In this document: positions 47,708 through 60,859 of the stretch, piece by piece
Numbering within the stretch: the first letter of the stretch is position 1
Layout of the letters: each line of letters begins with the position of its first letter
NCBI GenBank assembly: GCA_025594325.1
Contig: JANHCV010000002.1
Coordinates: 1,178,001 to 1,242,000, forward strand
Length of the DNA stretch: 64,000 nt
Direction: 5' to 3'
From: Blastocladiella emersonii ATCC 22665
Taxonomy: Eukaryota > Fungi > Blastocladiomycota
Translations under genes and position numbers: made by a program
The notes under the pieces: generated by a model
What the model was told of the DNA's origin: nothing
Database searches by the model: none
What the model saw: only the letters and a program-made list of their open reading frames with translations

Positions 47708-48227
47708 CTGCGCCGTTTAGTTCTCGTCGTCCTAGTAGTAGTCATATCTACGTCGATGCGCGCTTGGTCTGTGATTGATCGGAACGAGATGTCACGGCTT
47801 CTCGTTCCGCGTCGTCTCTCGCGCACGTTTTACTCTCTCTGTTGTTTTTCGCGGTGCCACAGTCGCGATATGCTGTACAAGACCGCGGCGATGGGCCGGC
47901 CACCCATTCACCGCGTGAGTTGACCCAGTACACGAGCTGATATTCGGTCAAGTATCACTCACATGAGTGGCGCAACGCGTCCTTGGATGCGACTTTAACC
48001 GTGGCGGTCGCCAATCCGATCATCAAAGCTTCGCCGTCGACGTCAATGTCATGAGCCGACATCACCTCACTCACTAACCAGCAGTGAGGGCGCAGAAACG
48101 ACTCAACGACGATGTCGCCGCGTTCCCTTTTTGTACGCAAGTTTAAACCCCTCGCTCCGGGTCGCATGAACACATCTATTGAACTAGAATGATCGGAAAG
48201 AATAAGCTAGCGATTCTACTACGACTT

Positions 48228-49760
48228 TCACAGCTTAGGAAGCTGTGCCGCCGCATTTTTCAATGGTGCAAGTCGCCTGAGCTCGACGAGATTCAGTCTG
48301 CACATGCCACCGGTCTGTGCGAGCTGATGAACCTGCTCGATGGTAAAGCAATCATCGAGAGAGCCAGCAGGCAAGTCACCGGTGAGGTCGGTCACGAACA
48401 TGAATCGGAACTCGAGGACTATGAAGACAAGCATCGCGTGATGACGAACTAGGATTGAGAACATCAGCTTGGGCACTCCGTGTTCCCTGTCCCAAGCAGG
48501 ACAGCTGGCTTCGCGATGAAACTGAGAATCCCACCCATAGCTCTCGTAAACCTGACCTTTTGTGATGCCTAAGATCGTTTGTGAGCCGCTGACACTCTTC
48601 TGCGCTGCGAGGAACGGCACCAACAAGCCTTGTCCCACGCGTCCAAGTATGACTGCGAGCGGTGAGGGCACTCTTCGAAATGACCTTGAATCCTGCCTTC
48701 GAATTTGTCACCGAAGATAAGACGCGCAGCAACCACGACAGCCGGCAGCGCCGTTCTCGCGAGCAACGGCGACAGCTCTCTTGCCAAGTTGCGGCCGTGC
48801 GAGCACAACTCCGACTCGACGCGCAGAGCAAAAACCGTACTCGGGGTCCACCATTCGGGCACGTCGGACATGGCGCCAAGTTGAGTCGCGACGATGGAAA
48901 AAGCCTCTAGAAGCACCTCGTCTGTAATGCGCGGCTCTCCGGACAGTTTTACCATGTACTCGGCGCTTATAAACGTGCTGATAAACTCGTGAAAATAGAA
49001 CCCCTTGGAAGACTCAAAGGTTGCTGCGATTCGCGCGATCAAGTTGGTAGAGGCGGTCCACTGGACAATTTTCCAAAGGTATTTAAGCGTTGAGTGTTCC
49101 CAAATGAGTCCACTGGCAAAGGCTAGATAGCGGGCGTGGGCTTGGGTCAGTCGCTTCAGGCAGAGCACGGTTGCGCAGCCGCACGATACGCACTCCCAAC
49201 AAGGATATCGTCCAACATAGCGGGCGGGAGGACCGGACGGAGCGCATTGAATACAGAAAAGAATTGGGTAGAAAATCCAGAACCGAGGATCCGGCCAAGG
49301 TCAGCGGGCAGCAACAGCCTGTGGGCGAGGAGAGGGGCAAGTGTATCATCAACCGGTAGCTGCGGTCGTGCAGCTGGGCGTGTGCACGAGAGCTTGCGCA
49401 AGCGAAAATGGCTCGGAAGGGAACATCCACTTTCGCGCTGAGGGCGGAAAACTCCTCGGCGACAGAAGTAGAGCATTCGGCGGAGACAAGTTGATCCTTG
49501 AGCTCGAAAGTGGCGCAGGCAATCACGTCCTCGCCATCCACTTTCATGCCAGACGGCGTCTCCGATTCGGGGCCCTGACCGGATGGTGGTTTCCCGAGTC
49601 GGAGAAGTTCGCGCGTCGTCCAAACCGACAAGACTAGGTTGTCGCGTGCAAGCAAATTCAGCCTGCCCGAAGCGGCCGCAATCGCGGAGCGGGACTGAGA
49701 GAGCTGGACCACCATGGCGGCCAACTCGGTCGGGAGGGCGGTAAATGTCGGCTCGCGCAT
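48228..49760 (-). pseudogene. Lower-GC F-box-like gene broken by at least three frameshifts
   Basis: N-terminal FTALPTELAAMVVQLSQ (F-box-like); protein-like segments continue across overlapping ORFs 49083-49799, 49156-49623, 48569-49168 and 48228-48671; no introns or host codon bias evident. Confidence 0.45.
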
Positions 49761-50030
49761 CGAAAATGGTTCTTCATCTGATTGCATAGAGTGTATCATT
49801 GAAAGCAGTTACATGGGAGCGGTGATGCCTTGCACTCGAGAGAAGCGGTGGGTCGCGGCCAGCCCAACTGCCACACCCACCGCTGGCGCAAGTGCGCCGC
49901 AAAACTGTCTCTCACCCCTGTGGCGCGACGCGACGCGTCTGCTCAAGCCTCGCGCGCTCGTTGCTGTCGACCCCTCACATCCATTGAGCTAGCACACCCA
50001 TGCAACCTGTACTCCACGCATTGCACTACC

Positions 50031-53000
50031 ATGGATCTTGACCTCGAGCTCATGTACGCGCGTCAACCGCCTGCCGAGAGACTTCGCTCACGCCTTCTTC
50101 GTCGCGTAGCCAATCCATCGGCTTCACGCCCACCGTGCCCGTCGTCTTCGCCTCGGCGTCCTCGGTCGTGTACGCGTCGAGCAACGCGCTCGTCTACTAC
50201 AACCTCCTGGCCGAGCCCACCGACAGCGATGCGCGGTCGCTCGTCGTGATCGCGGACGCGCCTATTACGGCGCTCGCCGGTGTTCCCGTCGCCGACGCCG
50301 TGTCCGATGTCCGGAGGCGCAAGCGCAGCGGCACACGGCAGGGGAGTGCGGGAGCCGGCATCCCTGGACTCGCCGGCGGACCAGGCAAGTGGGTCGAGCC
50401 CGGCGAGGCCGACGCAGGGAACGAGGAGGAAGAGCGGGACGGGGATGCCGACGAGGTGATGCTCGCGTACGCCGAGCTCGGGTCGACGGCGATCCACCTG
50501 CTCGGCCCGATGCCGCAGGCGGTTCCGCTCGGACAGTGTGTCCAGCGTGGTACGAGCGACTTCGCACCCCGCTTCGCTCGAGACCAGAAGCTTACTGCTC
50601 GCATGTGTAGACACCACGGACATGGGCGTCGCCGCGCTCGCATTCGCCCCGCGCGCCTCGTCCCGCTCGCCGTGGCTGCTGATCAGCATCAACGACCTGC
50701 CGTCCATGACCATGACGCTGTGGGACGCCGGGTCGCGCACCGTTCTCGCGTCGCTGTCCGGCGCGCTCTCGTCGGTCCCGCGGTGGCTGTCGGCCGCGCC
50801 ACCGCCGAACCATCCGTCCGTCACGGGCATCCTCGCGCCCGCCAACCCCAGCGGCGAGGGTGAGGAGGACGACGACCCGGCGGCGAGCGCATGGACGTCG
50901 CTCCGGTTCGCCGCCGCGAGCGACGACGACGTGACGCTGTTCCACCTCGAGGACACGTTCCGCGGGCCTCGCCTCCTCGTGGCCGCGGCGACGGATCGGT
51001 TCTGGCTGCCCGGCGAGTTCCCGGGGATCGACGACGCGCCCGCACGCGTCTCGGGCGTCCCCGCGTGGTGCGGCCGCGAAGCCGTCATGGTGCCAGCGGC
51101 CGACGGGTCCGCCGTGTTTCGCGTCCAGCACCCGGGCGCCGACGATGCGGCGGCAGGGCACGCGGCGGTCCAGCTCGCGTGGTCGGCCAAGTCGTCGCCG
51201 CCGCTCACAAGCGTGTTCGAGGGCGCCACGGCGGTCCGCGCCGTAGTTTCGGCTGACGCGGCCGCAGGCGGCGCGCCGACCGACGCGCAGGTCCTCGTTC
51301 TCGACAGCGGCGACGTGTGCTGGGCCCGTGGCACCGCGTTCCCGCCGTCCGACTCGACCACCGACTCGAGCGACGAGCCGCTCATCCTCGCCCGCGTCCC
51401 GGCTCCCAGCGACGCGCCGAGCGGCGGCAGTGGAACCGTGCACGCGGTCGTCGGCCCGCGCGGCCGCTACGTCGCCGTAGCCCGCGGCGACCGTGCGTGG
51501 GTCGTCGAGACGCCCGAGGCCGTGTTCGGCCCACAAGCGCAACAGCCGCAGGACGAGATTCCGGGTCTGCCCAAGACGGCGTCGACGCTCGCCCTCGAGT
51601 CCGACTTGGGTGTCGCTGGCGAGCAGCCTCCTGCTGACACGACGCAGGACCCGGAGAGCCTCATCCACCCGCTCACGCACTTCCTCATCCCGGCAGGGTC
51701 CGCCGAGAGCAAGCCCATCTCCGTGTCCGTGTTCCGCGACTCGCAGCGCGCCGTGGTCGCGTCGCGCGACGGGACGTTTGCCGCGCTGGACGTGGCCGCG
51801 GCCGTGGACGGCGAGCTTGGGCCCGACGGCGTAGCGGCGCTCGCTCCCGTCAAGCTGCCGAGCGGGACGATGGGCGCGGTGCGGTCCGTGACGTGCCTCG
51901 CGGGCAGCCAGATGATGGTTATCGCGTGCGACCGCGGGCTGCACCTCGTCGAGTGGACCGAGGACGCGGGGCTCGTCCAGCTCGCGACGCTCGAGCTGCC
52001 GCGCGCGCCGATCAAGGTACGCTCTGCCACGCGTGGTTCGAAAGAGCGGAACTAAACTAACTCGGAAGTGTAGATTGACATCCAGTACGCGTGCCGCCTC
52101 ATGTACGTCGTCCTCGAGCCGCCGACCCAGCCCACGTCGATCCCGCGGTCGACCTCGCCCGAACCCGCTCATCGGCAAGCGCCGCCGCACCGCCGCGGCG
52201 CAGCACCTTTGCCATCCGGTCCCATCGCTCCCCCCGACAAGACCGACCGCCACGGCCTCTCGTCCTCGGGCTCGCGCGCCGCGCACATGAACGCGTCGCT
52301 GTGGGTCGTGAACCTCGACACGTTCGCGCGGCACGCGCTGGTGACGGTCGACCTTCCCGTGGTCGACGCCATGTGGGACTCGGCCAACGACGCGCACGTC
52401 TCGCTGCTCGTCCTGGCGCGCGAGCCGGCGCCGGCAGCCGTCGGCGGGGCGGCCCCGGGCAGCGTGCTGTACGTGTTCAACGTGGCGCGCGAGGTCGGCG
52501 ATGCGGGCGCCAGCGACACCACCGAGTCCGGCGGTAAACCCGCAACGACATCCACAGCGTCGCGCAACGCCAGCGTCTCCGCCGCCAGCGCGCTCGCGTC
52601 CGCGACCGTCGGCGCGGTGCTGCGGATCCCGGACACGGTGCTAGCGTTCGCCATGGCGCCCGCGGCGCCGGGCGCGCCGTCGCGCCTCGCGTGCTGCCTG
52701 ACGGCCGACTACTCGTTCAAGGTATACAGCGTGACGCCGTCGGGTCCCGCGACGGGCGGCGCGACGGCGGGCGGTGCCGCAATCGCCGCGTTCGTGACGA
52801 GCGCGCACAACAAACTCGCGGGCCTGCAGCTCGTTCCGTACGCGGGCACCGCACTCGTGTCGACGTCCGCGGACGGCGTCGTCAGCGTGCGGTCAATCCG
52901 CGACCTCGACCGCGCGACGCGCGTGCTCGCGCACGATGGGACGCTCGGCGGGACGCGCGCGGTCGCGTGCTGCGCGGCGGGGATCGTCACGGTCGGCGCC

Positions 53001-56000
53001 GACCGCGTCGTGCGCGTGTGGCGGTGGCGCGTGCCGGCGGCCAGCGATGAGAATGGGGGCGGCGGGCCGATCAAGCTGCCCGAGGAGTGGGCCGAGCGGA
53101 TGCGCCGGCAGAGCGCCGACGCACAGGCCCGGCGCGCTGCGGCTGCCGCGGGGTCGGGCGGCGACCGCGGGGCCGAGGAAGCCGCAGCGGCCGCGCTCCG
53201 GTCGCGTCTCTCCGACCTCGCCGCGTCCCTGTCGGCCGTGATCGCCGAAAACGCGGCGGCGCCGTCGGCCGAGCAGCTCGCGCCGCCGGACCTCCTAGTG
53301 AACGCGCACCATGCCGCGGCGCTGTACGAGCAAGGTGCGCGCGAGGTGGCCGAGGCGCGTACGCGTGTGCTGTCGCTGAACGCGGACCGCGAGCAGGAGA
53401 TTGCCGCCATCAAGCGCGAGTGCTGGGACCCGATGGCGGTGCCCGGCAAGGTGCTCGAAGCGCTCACGCCCGGGATCGACCTGCGCGTCGCCAACTACCC
53501 GCTGCGCAACGCCGACAAGCGCGCGAAACGCGCGCGGAACCGCGTCTGGATCATGCGCAAGCTGCAGATTGCCGTCGCCGCCAAGGTGCCCGCGGCCGCC
53601 CCGCTCGCGATCGCGGGGTCCGAGGTGCTCGCGAGCGCCGGGCTGCCGGATCCGGCGAGTATGGGCGGTGCCGACGAGGCCGAGGGGGACGCTGACGAGG
53701 ACGCGTCCGCTGCGGCCGCTGCCCCGGCGTCCAACGCCAACGCGGCGACGACGTGGACTCCGCTCCTGTTCCCGGCAGGCGACCTGGTGACCAACGAGCG
53801 GCGGCGGATGCAGATCGTGATGCTGGAAGCGCACGTCGAGGACCTGCAGACCAAGTACAACGCGCGGTTCGAGGCGCAGTTGGCGGCCAAGGGCGAGGCC
53901 ATGGCCAAGATCAGCGAGCGGTACGACCGGATGCGCGGGATCCTCGAGGAGCTCGGGTGCGCGGTGCCCGACTCGCTGGGCGCCGTGGAGCTCGGCGACG
54001 GCGAGGTGCCCGACCGCGTGCTCGCCGTGACGGACGCGGAGCTCGCGCACGTGCCCAAGTACCTGAGCGAGGAGGAGGAGGCGCGGCTCGCCGAGCAGAA
54101 GCGCGCCGAGGCCGAGCGCCAGCGCAACGCGGCCGACGACGGGCGCGCGCGCGCCCTCGACGTGATGATGGGCGGGACCCTCGTGCGCGAGGAGCGCGCC
54201 ACGGCGCCGTCGGCGATCCCGAAACCCGAGGTCCTCGAGACGGGCAAGCCGAAGGCCGACTGGACCGAGGACGACAAGCGCGCGGTCAAGGAGTACGAGA
54301 AGCGCGTGGCGACGCTGCGCGAGGAGCAGGAGAAGGCGCGCAAGGCGCTCGAGACGGAGCTGCGCAAGCTCGAGGCCAGCGTCGACGAGCTCCGCGCCGC
54401 GTTCGACGCCCAGCTCCAGGCGCTGCTCGACGACAAGCTCGCGACCGACGCCGATATCCACATGGCCGCGCTCCGCGCTCTCACGCTCGTCCGGTGCATG
54501 GTTGCGACCCGCAACGACGTGCAGGCGCTCGAGGAGCTCAAGCGTACCATGGCCGCGACCAAGGCGCGCCGGCTCGCGGCCGTCGAGGAGCTGCCCGATA
54601 TCAAGGCCGCAGCCGAGGCGCAGAAGGAGGTGTACGAGCAGCTCGCGAAAAAGGACAAGGAGATCGAGCGGCTCGTCAAGCGCGAGTTCACAGCGGGCGG
54701 CGGCGGGGGCGGCGGTGGTGGCGCGGCAGCAGCAACGGCGACCGTCACGGGCGGGGCCATGGGTGCAGCGCTCACGGCGGGCCCAGGCGCAGCCGGCCCA
54801 GCTATCCTCGTCGCGGCCAGTGGCGCCGGAGCAGGTGCCACAGGCGGCCAAGCGCTGGGCGTGCCCATGGAGACGGTGTGGAAGCTGTTCCGGCGGCGGT
54901 ACACGGCCGAGGACGGTTCCGTGGCGGTCGCGGCGCTGCCCGAGCGCGACTTTGTCGCCGGGTTCACGGCGGCGCAGTGGGCGACGCTCAATGAGCTGCG
55001 TCTGCGCAAGATCCAGGTGGAGCAGGAGATCAAGGTGGCGCTCAACAAGCTGCGGCACACGCAGCGCATGGCCGAGGCGCTGGTCAACGAGTCGGAGCAC
55101 CTGCGGCGCGAGTACGAGGCGGTGGCGCGGGCCATGACGGAGCTCGAGCAGCACATGCTGGCGGCGCGGTTCGACGCGGTCGACCTGTGGGCGCTCAAGC
55201 AGGGGCAGGTCGAGGTGCCGCCGGCGCCCGTGGTGACCGACTACTCGCAGGCGGTGCTGATCCACCGGCGGCAGGTCGAGGAGCTGAACGCGGCGATCGG
55301 CGGGCTCGGTAAGACCAAGCTCGAGGCGCTGCGCGAGATGCGCAACTACCGGCGCGGGATCCTGGCGCTCGAGTGGGAGACGCGCGTGCTCGAGTTCCAG
55401 GCGCACGACGTGCACCTCAAAACCCGCGACATCCAGCTCCTCCGCGTCACCAAGCACATGCAGGAGTACCTGCGGTCGGGCGACGACGCGGCCGCCGCCG
55501 CCCTCACGGGCACGCTCGAGCGCCAGCTCGAGTACACGGACCAGGCGTTTGCCCACAAGCTCGACGAGCGCAAGCGCGCGGCCCGCGCCGTCAAGGCGCA
55601 GCTCCGCGCCAAGCAGGAGGCCAACGCCGAGCTCGCCGAGGAGGTGGCGCGCCTGCGCCAGGTCGTCGACGCGCGCGAGCGGATCCACGCGCTGCACAAC
55701 GGGCGCGCCACGGCGGGTGGGTCGCTCAACAACAGCGGGAACAGCAGCGCGGGGGGCGTTGGCGGGATGGTCGCCCCCGCGACCCCGCCCACGGCGCCTC
55801 GCCCGGGTACGCGGCTTGCGCCGATCCGCCGCGGGGGCGGTACGAGCGGCACCGATGACGCGCACGGGCCCATCCCGCCGCGGTCGTCCAAGCCGCCGCG
55901 GCCGAGCAAGCTCAACCCGGTGCTGGCCGACATTGCGCAGCGGCGGCAGCTGGTCGACCTGGCGCGCGCGCAGGCGCAGGACATCTCGGTGCTGTCCAAC

Positions 56001-56213
56001 GAGGTGCAGCGGTGGCGGCTCAAGACGTACCCGGCGTTCCCGGCGATCCCGCAGCCCGTCAGCACCGGGTCTGCGGCGCCCCTGCCGACCCCGGGTGGAT
56101 CGCGAGTGCCGACTGCGGCGACGGCGCCGACGCTCGCGCGGGCCGGGTCGGTCCCGATCGCGCCCCCAGCGCCGCTCCCGCCGGTCGCCGAGGACGCGAG
56201 CGTGGCCGAGTGA
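50031..56213 (+). CDS. CFAP43: Cilia- and flagella-associated protein 43 (WDR96); multi-exon
   Basis: N-terminal WD-like region, then coiled-coil C-terminus with TNERRRMQI, RARALDVMMGGTL, LIHRRQVEELN...ILALEWE, LVDLARAQAQDISVLSNEVQRWRLKTYPAF. Confidence 0.85.
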
Positions 56214-56603
56214 TTGTGGCGAGCAAGACTGAGTTCATACAAGCATGATCCATTATATTTTTGCGAGGTTGAGAGCAGGCGAGCCGACGCGTCGTTGACC
56301 AGGACCAAGACCGCGCCACCCGGCCGATCGTAAGTGGCGGTGACATCACTTGCGTGTTGAAAACGATGAAATCGCGTTTCAGCCTCCGGCCTGCAGACCT
56401 CCCGGTCACGTTTATATGAGGGAAGTGGCGGGCGCCGGTGGTCTGCAGGCCAAAACGCGCCAGAACGGGGCGGTTCCGCAGGCGGGAGACGGGCGCGGCG
56501 GGGCGAATCAACATCGGCGGCCCGCGCGCGATAAAGCGGCCGCGACCCCGCGCCGCCGACCCGCGCTCCCGCCGCCGCACCCACGGATCCTCGCTCATCC
56601 ACC

Positions 56604-59217
56604 ATGCTCCGCGTCAACTCGGCCCTCAAGGTACGGGGGCTGCTGCGGCGATGCGCACATGCGATACGAGAGCCGCGCGCTCACGCCCGTCCCTCGCCCC
56701 ATCCGTAGGCCGCGTCGGCCCGCTCGCTCGGCGCCCGCTCGCTCGCCACGGCCGCCAACAAGGTCGCCCTGTCCAACCTCGAGGCCAACAAGTACATCAA
56801 GTATGACCGCATGGACGAGAACATCAAGATCGTGCGCGACCGCCTGCAGCACCCGCTGACGCTGGCCGAGAAGATCGTGTACGGCCACCTCGACGACGCC
56901 GTCAACCAGGACATTGCCCGCGGCTCGTCGTACCTGCGCCTGCGCCCCGACCGCGTCGCGTGCCAGGACGCCACGGCCCAGATGGCCCTGCTGCAGTTCA
57001 TGTCGGCCGGCCTCCCCGAGGTCGCCGTCCCGACGACCGTCCACTGCGACCACCTCATCGAGGCCCAGAAGGGCGGCGTCAAGGACCTGTCGCGCGCCAA
57101 CGACGTCAACAAGGAGGTGTACGACTTCCTCGCCTCGTGCTCGGCCAAGTACAACATTGGCTTCTGGAAGCCCGGCTCGGGTATCATCCACCAGATCATC
57201 CTCGAGAACTACGCGTTCCCCGGCGGTCTCATGATCGGTACCGAGTACGTTGTCTCTCTTTTCTGCGATGCGCGGGGTGTCTCTCGAACGCCCGCTCGCT
57301 CGCCGTCCATGTCTCGCGCCTCGATCCCCGCCCAGACCGCACACGTGGCGAGGGCGGCTCGGGCTGCGAGACGTGCCGGGTATCCGAGTGAGCGAGCGAT
57401 CGAAAGCGCGCGCGCCTCACACCTCACACGGCGATCGCTAACCGCCCCGCTAAACCAGCTCGCACACCCCCAACGCCGGCGGTCTCGGCATGGTCGCCGT
57501 CGGTGTCGGTGGCGCCGACGCCGTCGACGTCATGGCCAACATCCCCTGGGAGCTCAAGTGCCCCAAGGTGATCGGTGTCAAGCTCACGGGCCAGATGTCG
57601 GGCTGGACCTCGGCCAAAGACATCATCCTCAAGGTTGCCGGCATCCTCACCGTCAAGGGCGGCACCGGCGCCATCGTCGAGTACTTTGGCCCCGGCGTCG
57701 ACTCGCTGTCGTGCACGGGCATGGCCACCATCTGCAACATGGGTGCCGAGATCGGTGCCACCACCTCGCTGTTCCCCTACAACTCGCGCATGGCCGACTA
57801 CCTCGACGCGACCAACCGCTCGACCATCACGGCCCACGCCAACCAGTACCGCCACAACCTCGTGGCCGACGAGGGCGCCAAGTACGACCAGATCATCGAG
57901 ATCGACTTGTCGCGCCTCGAGCCCCACATCAACGGTCCCTTCACCCCCGATCTCGCCACGCCCATCTCGCAGCTCAAGCAGACGGCCACCAAGAACTCGT
58001 GGCCCCTCGAGATCAAGTCGGGCCTGATCGGCTCGTGCACCAACTCGTCGTACGAGGACATGTCGCGCGCCGCCGACCTCGCCCAGCAGGCGCTCAACGC
58101 CGGCCTCAAGTCCAAGTCGCAGTACTTCATCACCCCCGGCTCGGAGCAGATCCGCGCCACCATTGCCCGCGACGGCCAGATGGACGTGCTCACCAAGGCC
58201 GGCGGCGTCGTGCTCGCCAACGCCTGCGGCCCCTGCATTGGCCAGTGGGACCGCTCCGACACCAAGAAGGGCGAGAAGAACACGATCGTCACGTCGTACA
58301 ACCGCAACTTCACGGGCCGCAACGACGGTAACCCCGCCACCCACTGCTTCGTCACCTCGCCCGAGCTCGTCACGGCCCTGTCGTTCGCCGGCTCGCTCGA
58401 GTTCAACCCCCTGACCGACTCGATCACCACGCCCGAGGGCAAGGAGTTCAAGTTCACCGCCCCGCAGGGTCTCGACCTCCCTCCCCGCGGCTACGACCCC
58501 GGAGAGAACACGTACCAGGCGCCGCCCGCCGACCGCTCGCAGGTCAACGTCGTGGTCGACCCCAAGTCGAACCGCCTCGAGCTCCTCACCCCCTTCGCCA
58601 AGTGGGACGGCAAGAACCCCACCCAGCTCCCCGTCCTGATCAAGGTCAAGGGCAAGTGCACCACCGACCACATCTCGGCCGCCGGCCCGTGGCTCAAGTA
58701 CCGCGGTCACCTCGACAACATCTCCAACAACATGCTGATCGGCGCCATCAACATCGAGAACGGCCAGGCCAACAGCGTCAAGAACCACTTCACCGGTGAG
58801 TACGGCGCCGTGCCCGCCGTCGCCCGCGACTACAAGGCCAAGGGCATCCGCTGGGTGGTCGTCGGTGACGAGAACTACGGCGAGGGCTCGTCGCGCGAGC
58901 ACGCCGCCCTCGAGGTGCGCCACCTCGGCGGCGCCGCCGTCATCGTCAAGTCGTTTGCCCGCATCCACGAGACCAACCTCAAGAAGCAGGGTATGCTGCC
59001 GCTCACGTTCGCCAACCCCGCCGACTACGACAAGGTCCGCTTCGACGACAAGATCGACATCCTCGGCGTCGAGACCCTGACCCCCGGCACCCCGCTCACG
59101 GTCGTGTGCAACCACGCCGACGGCACCGCCGACAAGATCACGGTCAACCACACGTTCAACGAGAACCAGATCTCGTGGTTCAAGGCCGGTTCGGCCCTCA
59201 ACGCCATGGCCCAGTAA
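56604..59217 (+). CDS. ACO1: Mitochondrial aconitate hydratase; introns 56631-56708 and 57245-57458
   Basis: Targeting peptide, [80 protein letters not shown]. Confidence 0.98.
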
Positions 59218-59524
59218 GGTGGCAGTGGTGTGTCGTGTTGATGAGCAAATATTTGTTGATAGTACCCCACTCTTCTCTTGATCCTCTCTTCTTTGCCTCG
59301 GTTGCGCACGCCCTCGTTGTGAGGGAGCTGATATAACTAGCGTTTTCAAAATCACGGCCAAACATTTTGGGGCATAGCAACGGGTCACATGCAGGCACCT
59401 GACCTGAGCCACGCCACTCCCCGCGCGTCGACCCTCACGTCATGACGACGACCACCATGGCCCGCGAGCAATGATAGTGATGTAACCGTGAAGCACCACG
59501 TAGTCTCTGCAACGTATCAACACC

Positions 59525-60743
59525 ATGGAACCGCGCCGCGATATTCTCAAGTTTGAGGGCCACCGCCAGTTCAAGCACCGGCTGGTCCTGTCCCTGCTCT
59601 CGGGCAAGGCCGTGATCATCAGCGACATTCGCGCCGACTCGGAGGCGCCAGGTGTCACCGGTACCCTTCGCATGTCCGCCGACACCACGGATCAACGTTG
59701 ACCCTCAGCGGTTGCGTGTAGACTACGAGGTGACGCTGATCCGGCTGCTCGAGAAGGTGAGCAACGGCACCGTGGCCAAGATTTCGCACACGGGTACCCA
59801 GGTCATCTTCACGCCGGGCGCTCTCGTCAACGGCGCCGTTGAGCTCGAGATCCCGGCCTCGCGCCCCGTCGGGTACTACCTCGAGGCGCTCGTCGCGCTC
59901 GCGCCGTTCGGCAAGCGGCCGCTCGCCGCGACGCTGCGCGGCGGGTGCATTACCGCGAGCGACCACCGCGGCGACCTGACCCCTGACACGCTGCGTACCG
60001 CGACGCTGCCATTCCTGTCTACGGCGTTCGGGCTGGACGCGGCGGGGCTCGAGGTGCACGTCGAGAAGCGCGGGGCCGCGCCGCTCGGCGGCGGCGAGGT
60101 GCGGCTCGTCGTGCAGCCGGCGACGCGCCTGCACCCGGCGCGGCTGACGGACGCAGGGCGGATCCTCAAGATCCGCGGGCTTGCGGCGTGCACGCGGGTG
60201 GCGCCGGCGCTCGCGACGCGGCTCGCCAACGCGGCGCGGTCCAAGCTCACGCGGTACATCCCGGACGTGTACGTGTACGCGGACGCGGCGCGCAAGGACG
60301 CGTCGGGGCTGAGTCCCGGGTTCGCGCTGTCGCTCGTCGCCGAGAGCACGACGGGGATCCGGTACGCGGTCGAGGCGGCTTCGCGGCCGCGGATCGCGGA
60401 CCCCGACACGGGCGACGAGCTGGTGCCCGCGATGAACGACCCCGAGGTGCTCGCCGAGGCGTGCGCGCGCGCGCTCCTCGAGGCGGTGCGTACCGGCGGG
60501 TGCGTCGACCCCGCGCACGAGTGGCTCATGCTCGTGTTCGCGGCCACGTGCAGTGACGAGGTGTCCAAGTGGGTGCAGGCGGCGCGCGGCGAGGTCGGGC
60601 TCGACGCCACCACGATCGAGGCGTTGCGCGATATCAACGCCTTCTTCAACGTCCAGTTCAAGATCGCCGCCCAGCCCAAGGGCATGGTCACGCTCGCCGG
60701 AGTCGGCGCTGGGTTCAACCAGATCCACCGCAAGTTCACGTAA
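59525..60743 (+). CDS. RCL1: RNA 3'-terminal phosphate cyclase-like protein Rcl1; intron 59661-59721
   Basis: LKFEGHRQFKHRLVLSLLSGK...PGVTDYEVTLIRLLEKVSNG, YYLEALVALAPFGK, KRGAAPLGGGEV, SPGFALSLVAES, GAGFNQIHRKFT. Confidence 0.93.
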
Positions 60744-60859
60744 TGTGGCGCGCGGGATCACTCTATTAATCAAATGTAGATTTTTTTTGTATCGCCCGCT
60801 CGTTCTCGCTCTCGATCGCTCGTCCGGTAGTGGTTCTGTTCCTGCCGCTTTCAGTGGCT

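Noticed and set aside
49900-50030. RFX X-box upstream of CFAP43
   Set aside because: Only a half-site-like GTTGCT is present; no convincing palindromic X-box.
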